From the NCBI GenBank assembly GCA_024704765.1, contig JAKMXF010000330.1, forward strand, positions 242,953 through 306,952: 64,000 nucleotides of DNA. The letters are read 5' to 3'. Origin of the DNA: Oopsacas minuta. Lineage: Eukaryota; Animalia; Porifera. Positions 13,354 through 24,447 of the stretch are shown piece after piece. The notes under the pieces are model-generated. The model made no database searches, was not told the origin of the DNA, and saw nothing but the letters and a program-made list of their open reading frames with translations. Each line of letters starts with the position of its first letter. Positions within the stretch are counted from its first letter, which is position 1. The position numbers and the translations under genes were made by a program.

Positions 13354-14801
13354 ATCGTGATTTAATTTTGCAAGGCTATTCCATCAATAGAAACATTTCA
13401 GACGCCATTCAATTATTTGGAGAACTGGAAGACATTGATGCTTTCTTTTCATTACCAACAAATCAAAGATTTAACCTGACTCACCAACCATTATCAACAA
13501 TAGATATTCTACCTGCTTCTCCCTTACATTTCTATACGTGCATTTTTAGATGGTTTCATTTACTTGTGTACCACCTGAATTGTAACAAGCTCACATGGTC
13601 ACCATCATCAAAAGAAATTAAAGACTCCATGGTGGATGTGCGAACCATAGTTCAAGACGTAACAGGTCTAAGAATTGACCAACCAGACCCCAAAGGAGGC
13701 ACTACTTCCACTGGTGGTGTGGCTCAAAGAGCTTTTTCAAACGATTCCAAGTTTATTGAATACGCAATGTCTTTGGTTAAGATTGATCAAGGGATTCACT
13801 TTGTAAATTGCACACACAATTATCTGTCATTCTGAGAATCATAAATTCAGACAGAAAAATCAATACAGAAGAATTGAGTAACCTTTGTACAGACACCTAT
13901 CTCCCTATTCTTCAACCCTTTCCCTGGGTGAACATTACACCGACTTTACATAAATTACTAGTCCATTCTGAAGAAATACTGAGAGATGAACTTTTGGGTA
14001 TGGATTGAAATGCTTTAGTGAAGAAAGATCCGAAACCTGCAACAAATCAATCAGGAAATATAGGGAAAATCTAGCAAGGAAAACTTCCTTAGAGGATAAT
14101 GTCGTTAATATATTTGTCAGACTCTCATCTGAAAGTGATCCTGTGTTAATGAAATATCGGTCCACAGTGGGGTACGAAAAGTGCGGAGAATACGGTCATA
14201 CCCGAAGAGCTAAGTGCTGTAGAGACAATGCAACAGATTTATTAGGATCATCTATTGATAATATCGTCAAGGGCCTTATTATTGATACGATATTGTAACA
14301 ACGTAGTTTGCTGAATGTTAGTGAATAAATAATACAATAAAACATCCCTTAATATAAGTGCTTATTGTTTTTATCCAGAAATTGTTAGAATTGATATATA
14401 TATATATTAGCAAAAAAAGATATTAAAATTCTAAAACCCATTTAGAAGTATGAAGTACAAAAGCAAAAATTATGAAAAAATTGTGTATGACGTCATTTTA
14501 TAAAAATTATGAGTAATTTTGAAATTCTAACAGTTATAATTGCTTCCATGGATATGATATACTATACCCAAATAATACAATTTATAGGGCTAACATTGTT
14601 ATACAATCAGATATTAAAGAAAAACAAAATTCAGCATAAAGCTATGACGTCAGAACATGATATATATAGAACCTTATAAAAATTTTGAATGCACCAAATG
14701 ATTCCTAGCATATGATAACCTATATGCTGATGATACATTATATATGTCTATTTCAAATGAAAGTACCCATTATTTAGTAACTCCCATTTTAAGCCACTGT
14801 G
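13354..14801 (+). mobile_element. 5'-truncated Transib/RAG1-like transposon (C-terminal transposase fragment plus right end)
   Basis: ORFs 13368-13835, 13808-14008 and 14005-14298 are frameshifted homologs of the 23200-24135 transposase (GGTTSTGGVAQRAF, TPTLHKLLVHSEE, SEERSETCNKSIRKYRENLARK). The element ends in CACTGTG at 14795-14801, with an end sequence similar to 24400-24442. Confidence 0.9.
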
Positions 14802-15039
14802 AGAATGTCACAAGTAGTAACATAGTATAATAGTCAGTACTCATGGGGTACAGCAATGAATATGTTAGTTCAAAACTCAATTTGTGCAAATAGTACGAAT
14901 CTGATTCATAGCTAACCAACTACCGAAATCTTTAAGGATGAGAATTTTGCATCATGTTTTCGATTGAAGATTAAACCTCAGATATGATGGTAAATGAGGC
15001 TCGACAAATATGCATACACCCACTTGATACATATTAATC

Positions 15040-15185
15040 AAGGGCGGATCCATTTTGAAGAGCGGGACTGTAATACGGATAGCTAGTGTATTTTACTATA
15101 GGTTCTCAAATTTCCTATAACCAGTTCTGGTTATAGGACTTTTAAGGGGTTGTAACCCCACAAACCCTCCCTTAATCCGCCCCTC
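15040..15185. mobile_element. Short MITE-like element (AGGGCGGAT...ATCCGCCCCT)
   Basis: Imperfect ~10-bp inverted termini around a GC-richer core. TSD not established. Confidence 0.4.
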
Positions 15186-15378
15186 TTAACGAATTTCTGA
15201 AACAATCTAAGTTAATAAGTATCGAATAGCAAATGCCAATTGACATCCTTAATCTATAAATATTTGAAGCAACACATTTGGTAACAATTAAAGCATACTA
15301 ACCAGCTACGAAAAACACAAATGGAAATCTTCCATAAGTATGAATATATGCAACGAAGCAAATTGCTGATATACTTAC

Positions 15379-18300
15379 CACATCTTTCCTTCCATAGTAA
15401 GACGCTAGTTCAAGACAGTTCTGATCGAGTTTGTTGGTTATATGAGGATCAGCTCCAGCCTAGAAATGCAACATAATTCAGAATAGTAAATATTCAAAAA
15501 AGGATATACTATAAAGTTTAGTAACAACTCACTCTGAGTAAGAATTCCACAAGAGCATACATGCCCTCTTGTGCAGCGATTATGAGTGACGTGTCATCAT
15601 TAGCATTCTAATTAAGATTATGTTTACTGGATATATTCAATTAGATTGGTTTCGTAAATTAGTGATAATGCTAACCTGTTGATCGATCTCAGGTCTGATC
15701 GGACTGTGTTCAACTAACAACTGTAATGAGTCATAGTCTCCTTGTTGACAAGTAGTGTGTAGCGGATAGTTACCTATATTCCCAAATAATATAATACGTA
15801 TACAAATAAATACAATGTCATTAAATACCTGATCTATCAGATATTCTAGGATCAGCCCCGTATCTTAGTAGCATTAGAAGAGCTTCCCTATAATGGAATA
15901 TGAAATAGGATAAGTAGAATAAGAATGGATAATAATTGATATTAAGCAGAGTCACAAAACTGTGAATACAAGTTAATGAAACTATAAGCCTATGACATAT
16001 GACAGTAGATGTCTAATGAAATACCTGCTTACATAGAATTATTCATAATCCAGAAATCTCGGCATCAATTACAATATGAATAATTCGGGATACAGACAAA
16101 TTGCTACAGGACAAATGACTACATGTACATTGTACAATAACTAAATTCTAGTACTTCCTTGCTAATAAGTATAGATACTAAATGAAATCATTCGTGAACA
16201 ATTCTGATAATTAACTACTGGTTTAAAGGGATGTGTGTGTTTCTACTAAATTTAATAATAAGTAAGCTAGAATAACATAAATGTGAAGTAATGAAGCACA
16301 AGTAAGATACAACACCATAGTACGTGTATCCTATGATTATCTCTTAATTCGTCCCTAAAGTTAATATGTGTGCAATCACTTAGAGGAATTCCATTGGTGA
16401 TCGGTGAAGGTACTAAGAACAAGATTGGTCAATCCGTCTTCATTATCCGAACTCTTATCGTTTAGATGGCTTATCCCTGCTAAAAATTTAGATTGCTTTA
16501 TCACAACCATCCTTGTTCTCGCCTGATTGTGTTAATCCATTTCCATATAGTTGGATGGTGGCAACCAATGGTAGCATAATAGGCTCTGTGCCATGCTTCT
16601 ACAACATTGGTTACACGCGGCATCCCTGGGATACAGCGTGATGGTAGTTACACAGCCTGATACTGTTCGACTTATGTAGGTAGTCTCAAAATACAACGCA
16701 AGTTCCAGAGAAGCTGGTATATCCAGTTGTTCTATTGCTTGAGGAAGGAGTTCTTGAACTGCAAATGGAGGCCAAAAGCAAGTGCACGAAGCATTCTTAG
16801 ACGAATAATTAATTGTTCATCGTTCATACAGTCTGTTTGGAGTCATAATTCTTGAATTTTACGCCAAACATTCTGTGTAAAATGAAAGTAACAACTTTTT
16901 ACTGTAGTTATCGACCATTCCATCTCAAAGGCATTGATTGCGGCTTTCCAAAATCCAAAATCATGCTTGTTGTAGATGCTGTTGGACAAAGGATTCTGAC
17001 ACGTTCCCACATTTGAGTGTATGTTGCTTCGATTTTATTGGGTAATAGTGTAAAAAGGCAAGGTCACAGAAGGCCAGCCTGTAAAGGATTTGACCTCCAC
17101 GCAATGTATGTATTGTATATCCTTTTAAGTGAAAAGTTCAAGCGCTGTTTTGAAAGTTCCATCTGCTAGCCAAATATTGAATGTTGTTTGCAGGTCACAG
17201 TTCTATTGATCCCAAATATTAGAAATCTTGCTAGTTCAGGACAGGAATCATATAATAGAAAGTTTTCCTCTTTAGCGGTCATTATGAACTCCTGAGGAAT
17301 GGTAAGATCATGAAGACTTTCTGTTTGAACAGGAGCTATATCTAGTACCAGCTTTTTCTACGAATGGTACGTTTCATGCTATCAAGTTTTGGTAGTTTTA
17401 CAGCAGTTGAAGAAGTAATTATTTCTAATTCGTCTTCAAGAATGTTATGAGTTGTGTTATGTGTTTGACGAACTTTACCTTTCATTCTATCCTTCACTTC
17501 TAAGCAATTGACAGCCAATATGCCTGGACTATATAGATGCCCTCCAGTACGCTTTACAATTTCATTAATTTTAGTATGGACTATGGAGCCTTGCTTTACG
17601 CAATCTGATTTTCTCGCATTGCCAGTGTGCAACATCCCCCAATAACTCTGTTTATTATAGATAAAACAGCCTTCGACAAGTTTGTAAGATTCCTTATGAA
17701 TAGTTGACGCGATCTGATCAACCTGAATTGATTTGGTTCCGTATTTGGTTCAGCCATCAAAAAATTATACCAATAATTTTAGAATTATGCGAATAGAAAT
17801 GCATAATTATTGCCAAACTGCCTATCATAATATCCGATTACAGCCGAAGTTTACGTTCGTAATGAAAGGAACATTAAAATTTCACTACTTCCTTTTAATC
17901 AATTTCCGCACCAAAAACGAGATTTTAGCACCTTTTTGACATCATAAAATCACACATTTTTCCGGCAGTATTCTGTTAATAGAAATGCAGAGACGAAGTC
18001 TCGCAATGTTTTTCCAAAGAAATTTAAAATGAAATCGGCTCCCTGCCCGATTTTTACCTAAAGACTCGGTAATTGGGACTTGTTTTTCTTAAATTTCCCT
18101 ACAAATTTGCTAAAATTGTATTTTCATTGTGTTAGAATTTTATTAGAAATTTATCGTTGATAATCGTCACTGAAACTGGGCTCATTTATAGAATGAATAT
18201 TCAAAACCCTGTAAAAATACCGTATTTAATTGGAATTTAATTCAACAAATGTGGGCACCTGACTAGTATATTTTACGTCAAAAATCAAAAAATTGCCATT

Positions 18301-20169
18301 AATTTTGATTCTAAATTGCAAACTGGGTGAATTTCAATGAAACTTTTTCGGATTTTTAGTCAACCAAGATATTTTCGAAAGATTAGTTATAAGTAGAGTT
18401 ACATTTCCATATAGTCGTTTTCCGTATCCCGAATAATTCGTTATAACTTGGATAACCTACTATATAATCCTTACACAATTCACATATGTATTTATGATAT
18501 AAATATTATTGCTCCTTTGAAAAAGTATAATATTGCAGATCAAAAAAAGATAAGTCCCAGCTGAAATACAGCCAGACGCTAATTACTTAAGTATTAGGTA
18601 GTCCTTACAATTGTAAAAACATAATATAAGTTCACATATACAATAATGGAATTTACATGAATTCCAGTTAATCTGTATTATTAAGACAGCCATATTAGTA
18701 TCACAGGTGCATATTTTATGGGCACTAACTCCAGTAACAATACCGTGTAAGCATATGGTACAAGAGTACAAACTTGTATATTTCCTTGGTTAGTTTAGTA
18801 TTTTAAAATGCTTTATCAAGACACTCATATGCTCATAGCATAGAAGTCGATATATTCAAACATATATTACAAGTAGAAACAAGTGCTAGGCCATAACAGT
18901 TATTCCGGTCTCCTTGATAGAGTTCGTATAAGTACTGTATTTTCTAAGTAACAGTGATTGAACTCACTTCTGTCCATACATGATAGCATGGTGAAGAGGG
19001 GTGTAGCCTCTTGAATCTTGAAAATTGGGACTAACTTTATTCCGAAATACACTACAAATATTATCAAGGAATAAAAGTGATTATTGTAAATAGAGAATGA
19101 ACATCAACGATATCCTTTGATATAATATAATCCAACTAATCCAATATTCCATAATCTATATGTAATCTACAATCCATCCGAACGCTCTAGTTATCATATG
19201 TATAACAAATATAATGCTGCTCTGAGCAACTAGGATAATTAGATCTGATTACAATTACAGCTATGTTTGATTGCAGATGATTGGAAAGATTGCTTGCAAA
19301 ATGTATTAAGTTAATACAATTTAAGTTACACGAGTCTACATACACAGACGATATAATAAGAATTACTGAATTTGCATTTAGATACGTGTAATATCAGACA
19401 AATTATAGAATTAAGTGTTAATAATAAGAACCATGAGTAGCTAGTTGTATTGTCTGATTATGAATTATTACGCAATAATTCGAAATTAACTAATAACCAA
19501 ATAAGGTAATTGGTAAAGTAACTTAATATCTCCAACTTATGTGAAAATAATGAAATAATAGTAAATAATAGTTGCAGAGCGGACGAGCCAAATTATATAA
19601 TTATAAATTGTAACCTATCTGAACAAGTCAATGGAATAAATTGTTCCGCTCATTCACACAATACCAACAATTCTATTCTGAGATAATAGAGTTATAACTC
19701 CAATAGCAAGCTATAAGTAATATAAATCCATGACATACCACATATGTGGTATGTCACACAAACAGCTTGTTTCATTATGTATGATATTATGCATTGGTGG
19801 TACAGTTCAATTGAAAATCTAGCAAACTTATTCTTTCGAGAAAAGACTGATTAACAATATAGAAATGAAATATAACTACCTCATTCCCAGGAATTGAACA
19901 GAATTAATTCAACTATATCCAAATATAATTAATTGCTAGTTCTCTAGGAATTCAAATGGAATATTCTATGATAATCAATTTTAAGGTAAAGAAGCAATCT
20001 TTCTATAGCTATAGAATGTAAAGAAGATAGAATAATGCGAAACTAATCAATTCAAAATAAATTCATATATGAAGCAAACAGACCCCTTCTTCGTAGTTCC
20101 AAGAAGACGCTTGATAGCTGAAATATTTCCTTTCTGAGTAGCCAAAATAAGATCAAGTTCACGACCCAT
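15379..20169 (-). CDS. Ankyrin-repeat gene (ANKS1/Caskin-like N-terminus); six exons found, 3' part not found
   Basis: Manually spliced exons with GT-AG and consistent phase: 20084-20169 (MGRELDLILATQKGNISAIKRLL), 18968-19051 (PNFQDSRGYTPLHHAIMYGQK), 15829-15887, 15676-15773 (GNYPLHTTCQQG), 15533-15607 (NDDTSLIIAAQEG), 15379-15459 (AGADPHITNKLDQNCLELASYYGRKDV). Not present in the ORF track. Confidence 0.85.
16078..18439 (-). mobile_element. Decayed MULE (Mutator-like) transposon in intron 2 of the ankyrin gene
   Basis: Minus-strand translation ~16450-17640 gives SCYFHFTQNVWRKIQELGLQ and TNVVEAWH (MULE DDE motifs) with stops. 16-bp inverted repeat GAATAATTCGGGATAC (16078) / GTATCCCGAATAATTC (18424-18439), one mismatch. 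No TSD found, so the ends are tentative. Confidence 0.75.
19193..19521 (+). repeat. 329-bp direct repeat, copy A (copy B at 24448-24776)
   Basis: No mismatch seen by eye between the two copies. Confidence 0.9.
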
Positions 20170-20675
20170 CTCACAAGCAATAAAGATAATGGAAAATACA
20201 AGAACAAAACTCGCAAAAACAATATCGACTTCTATGAAAATGCTCCAAATCCAATCAATACCAATTTAACTATTAGCAACAGTGTCAGTTAGTGGCAGAC
20301 ACTCAAATCAAAATATTACCAATCGCAAGTCAATGAGCAGATATAGTACAGATTATGCTATCATGCACATATACTATGGATATACAATTATATAAATATG
20401 TTATCTTCATCTGTTACTTAATTAATAGAATTCATATTATAATTAATAGTGGCTATTCTACCAGGATCTAAAGGACTATTCATTCTTTCATGTTGCTGAT
20501 TAAACACATGTTATGTTCATGATAATGTTATAAAAGAACTGTTAATATACCATACTAGGCCACATAGAAATTTAATATAGTTAATGAACACGCGATCTAA
20601 TCAGGTGAAAACAGCTGGTCCAAAATGTTATAAAGTAGAGAAAAAAGTTAGGTGAAATTATCCATATTCCATATC

Positions 20676-21116
20676 CTACTTGCTGCAAGAACTCAGGAAA
20701 TTTTTCTGGGTAAGAGTTTCGATTGACCCTGGTCTGAGCTCCTTTATCTTCTTTATAGCTTCATCTGAAGATAGACCATCAACTTTCATAAAATAGTAAG
20801 CTAGCATTGTACCAGTTCTACCATTCCCCATCTGACAATGAACTGCAACGGGTTTGTCTCCCCCAAGTGCTGACTGTACAGAATCAATAAAGCTATCTGC
20901 CAGAGCTACAGAAGGGGATTGAAAATCTTCAATGAAAAGATCAACCATTTCAATGTTATACTTCTTTGCATTTGCTTTGTATATAGCATCTGAGTATCCA
21001 GTTAAATTAATGAGAACTTTAATCCCATTCTGGGATAATAAAGAGAAATCTTCATCTTTGTACGGATAAGCCAAGCCGGCCAATCTACCTTCTGACACCC
21101 ATGAAAAGTGGTGCAT
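20676..21116 (-). CDS. DUSP23: Small atypical dual-specificity phosphatase, DUSP23-like
   Basis: FSWVSEGRLAGLAYP N-terminus, catalytic VHCQMGNGRTGTMLA (HCx5R) and RPGSIET. Confidence 0.88.
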   Translation of the reverse strand: MHHFSWVSEGRLAGLAYPYKDEDFSLLSQNGIKVLINLTGYSDAIYKANAKKYNIEMVDLFIEDFQSPSVALADSFIDSVQSALGGDKPVAVHCQMGNGRTGTMLAYYFMKVDGLSSDEAIKKIKELRPGSIETLTQKNFLSSCSK

Positions 21117-21266
21117 TGTTAATTTAAAGCTAAATATAATGTCTAACCTAAAATACTATTTGTAAACGTAGTGAATGACAACACAAGAATGTATTAAAAG
21201 TACATTGGTCAAGCTGTTTCTCACATAAATGTCCAATTGAGGGATGTTATAGTTTGGGATGTAATG

Positions 21267-24200
21267 CACAGTGGTTTGAATGCAAAGAATAGACAAAAAT
21301 AGATTTCATTTTTAATGGTTTAAACTCGTTCTTGTTTGTTTGAATAATGTTAATTTCAAATTTCACTTCGATCGAATACATATAGCTCTCACAATATGAA
21401 TTCAAAGAATCAATCAAAAATAGTTCTATTTGCGGTTTCAGTGATGCTAATATTAGCACCAAGTTTACTTGAGAACGTCACAGAATTCTCCAAATCTAAT
21501 TTATTTTATTTCCTCAACACAATTCTGTTATGCTAAATCTGATTTCCCATTTTCGTCAGTGTATCTTTACTAATTTGGATTCAAAGTTGATTTGACTAAT
21601 GGTACTTTAGAGGTACAATATTTTTTAAAAAAGAACTTCCAAATGACCGCAAAAAAAACACCACAAAACACCACAAAACACCACTTAGAAATTAATACCA
21701 AAATGGCATTATAATATCTAGAAAGACATATTAAAATGATAAGCCCCGAAACAGTGCGCAACATGAAAAATTTCAGCGAATTCCATTGTCACCTTTTAGT
21801 TGCTATGCAAGTTATATGCTAAATTTATCTACTCGATTGCAGCATTCCAATTACCAGTAAATATAATATATAAATACATGATTAATATGACATTAACAAA
21901 TCGAATTTACTGATAATCAACCGTTTACTACGCTTTTTTCAATGACTCAAGAACTTTCCCTAACTCTCATCTTGAATTTGCTAAGATTTTGAAAGACAAC
22001 AACAACAACAACTGTATCTCGACAACACTCAGTTTCTTTGAGCAGAACTTTCAAATGGACTTCGAAGAAAGGAAACAATTGGAAGCAACGCTCCTCCGAG
22101 TAAGAAGCAGGATCAGGAAGGCAAAGAAATCGCTAGATTGCTTAGAGGGAGACTGGTGGCATTGTGGTATATCCATGGAACCAGAGTTGAAGAGGAACCG
22201 TTTTTATGATACCGTTGAGCTGTCCTCAGATGAAGAAGTCATATCCACACTCTCAGCAAACCATAGGAAGAGTATTGACAATCTCACGATGCAACAACAA
22301 CGCTCACGACTCCCAAATGTCTTGGAATCTATCAAAGCACTCTCAATCGTTGAGAATATTTCAGAAATCGAGATAGCTACACTTGCCTTGCAACTACTAT
22401 CGAACCAAACAAAACAGCGAGAAATAGCTAAAGTTTCAAAATCTGTAGTTCATGACAAGTTTTCTGGTCAATTCGGTAAATTGTTGAAGAAAAGAGCTCG
22501 ATGTTACCAAGACAGTGTTCCTTGTAGATCTCCTAGAAATTGGCAGGAGGAAATACACACAACTCCGACATCACTTGCTATCTAGCGATATTCGTTTCCC
22601 GGCATACTATAGGGTAGTAGAAGAAAGAAACAGCATAATTTTACGGTCGGATATTCAGATGTACCCCAATCCTGAAACTCCACTTGGTGTATATATGACC
22701 TATGCTCATCACGTCCGCCATACTTTTTGCAGGCTTATGTCCACGCTACCGCCACCTCCAGCTCAAGATTTTCCCCTACAATTCCAGATAGCAGACGGAC
22801 TAGATGGCTCTGGAAGTCACACTGTATATAATCAATCAAACACGAATACAGATACTAAGTCGTTTATCTTATTCTGTTTCAGAGCTGTAAAGATAATAAG
22901 CAATAGCGGTCGCGAACTCTGGAAAAATAACACTCCCAATTCTCCTTTTGCTCAACGTCCGATTTTCCTCCTCGCTGCGAAAGAAAACGAAGCTAATATC
23001 AAGCGATTTATGGACGATCTGATCAATACTGATACTGATCTGATGAGAAGTGAAGGATTTACTCTTGGCCCTGATCAGCAAGTACGAGTCGACATTGTTG
23101 ATCAATGCTTGATGGGAAAATGGCAGGAATTCTATCTGGGGCAGGTGGGGCAAGTTGTCAATTATACACAGCAACACATAAGGAACTCAGTGATCGTGAG
23201 TTGATAATACAGGGATTTCTGTCAACAGGCACATTACTGATGCAATTCAACTTTTCGGTGAATTAGAAGACAGCCATTCGTTCTTCTCACTTCCTTCAAA
23301 CCAACGTTGTAACATAACGTACGAACCAACCTCAACAATAAACATCCTTCCAGCATCTCCGTTACACTCGTACACTGGCATTTTCAGGTGGTTCAATCTA
23401 CTAATTTATCATTTGAATTGTGGAAAACGTGCATGGTCACCAACATCTTTGGCGATAAAAAATTCAATGATATTTGTCAGAAATCTGATTGAAGAGAAGA
23501 CAGGAATGAAGATAGATCAGCCGAATGCAAGTGGAGGTACTAGCTCTACTGGTAGTGTAGCTCGTCGAGCATTTTCCTGTGATTCGAAATATATTGAGTG
23601 TGTATTGTCAGTTGTTGAAACAGAACACAAAGAAACACTTTCAAAACTACATACACACTTGTCAGCTATTCTTCGAATAATCAATTCAGACAGGATCATT
23701 AACACTGAGGTCTTTGGTGATCTATGCGCCGATACATATCTCTTGATCGTTGATTCATTACCTTGGGTGAGCATTACCCCAACATTACACAGGGTATTAG
23801 CTCACTCAGAAGAAATTTTGAAAGAGTTCAACCATGGGCGAGGTCTGAAAAGTTTCTCTGAAGAGGGATCCGAGGCATGCAACAAGTTACTAAGAAAGTA
23901 TAGGGAGAATCTTGCAAGGAAGTCTTCATTTGAAGATAATGCAATGGACATTTTCGTGAGACTGGCCTCTGAAAGTGACCCTGTATTGAATCAATTTCGT
24001 TCAAGTTTAGTTTGTGAAAGGTGTGGGGAACACGGCCACACAAAAAGAGCAAAGTGTTGTAGGGATAATACCGAAAATAGATTACTAGATTCTTCCATAG
24101 ACGAAATTGTTGATTCACTTATAATTAATTCATAGATTCATTAAAATTTTAAATCTATACACTCTTATCTAAATACTATACAGGGTAATAGTATATATAC

Positions 24201-24442
24201 AGAGTAGGAGATTTTTCTTATGAAGTGGAAATTTCTATGAGTTTTATTAAATAATTTTTAAAATGTGACGTCATCATAATATGTGATGACGTCATATCCA
24301 GAAATCTAGAAGCCATAGAAGAAATTTGATTGCCCCATTCGATTCCTCGGATACGATAACCTATTCGCAAATAATACATTGCATATGGCTATCTGGTACT
24401 AGAATACCTATTCTTTACTAACTCCCATTTTAAACCACTGTG
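21267..24442 (+). mobile_element. Complete Transib/RAG1-like transposon (3176 bp) with CACAGTG termini and 5-bp TSD TAATG
   Basis: CACAGTG at 21267-21273 and CACTGTG at 24436-24442. The first 11 bp of both ends are identical (CACAGTGGTTT). TAATG at 21262-21266 and 24443-24447. Internal transposase gene. Confidence 0.95.
21989..24135 (+). pseudogene. Transib/RAG1-core-like DDE transposase, interrupted by three 1-bp frameshifts (~22490, ~23100, ~23219)
   Basis: Joined reading gives ADGLDGSGSH (first catalytic D), SMLDGK (second D), SEEGSEACNKLLRKYR (E), TLHRVLAH (Zn-binding His pair) and C-terminal CERCGEHGHTKRAKC. The ORF-track start is TTG; the first ATG is at 22055. Confidence 0.9.
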
Positions 24443-24447
24443 TAATG

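Noticed and set aside
21293-21301. ACAAAAATA, a 7/9 match to the RSS nonamer ACAAAAACC, 19 bp from the left heptamer
   Set aside because: There is no counterpart at the right end, the spacing is neither 12 nor 23, and A-rich matches are common here.
21274-21988. Possible RAG2-like gene inside the element
   Set aside because: Only short low-complexity ORFs (21247-21462, 21570-21764) occur there, with no kelch or PHD pattern.
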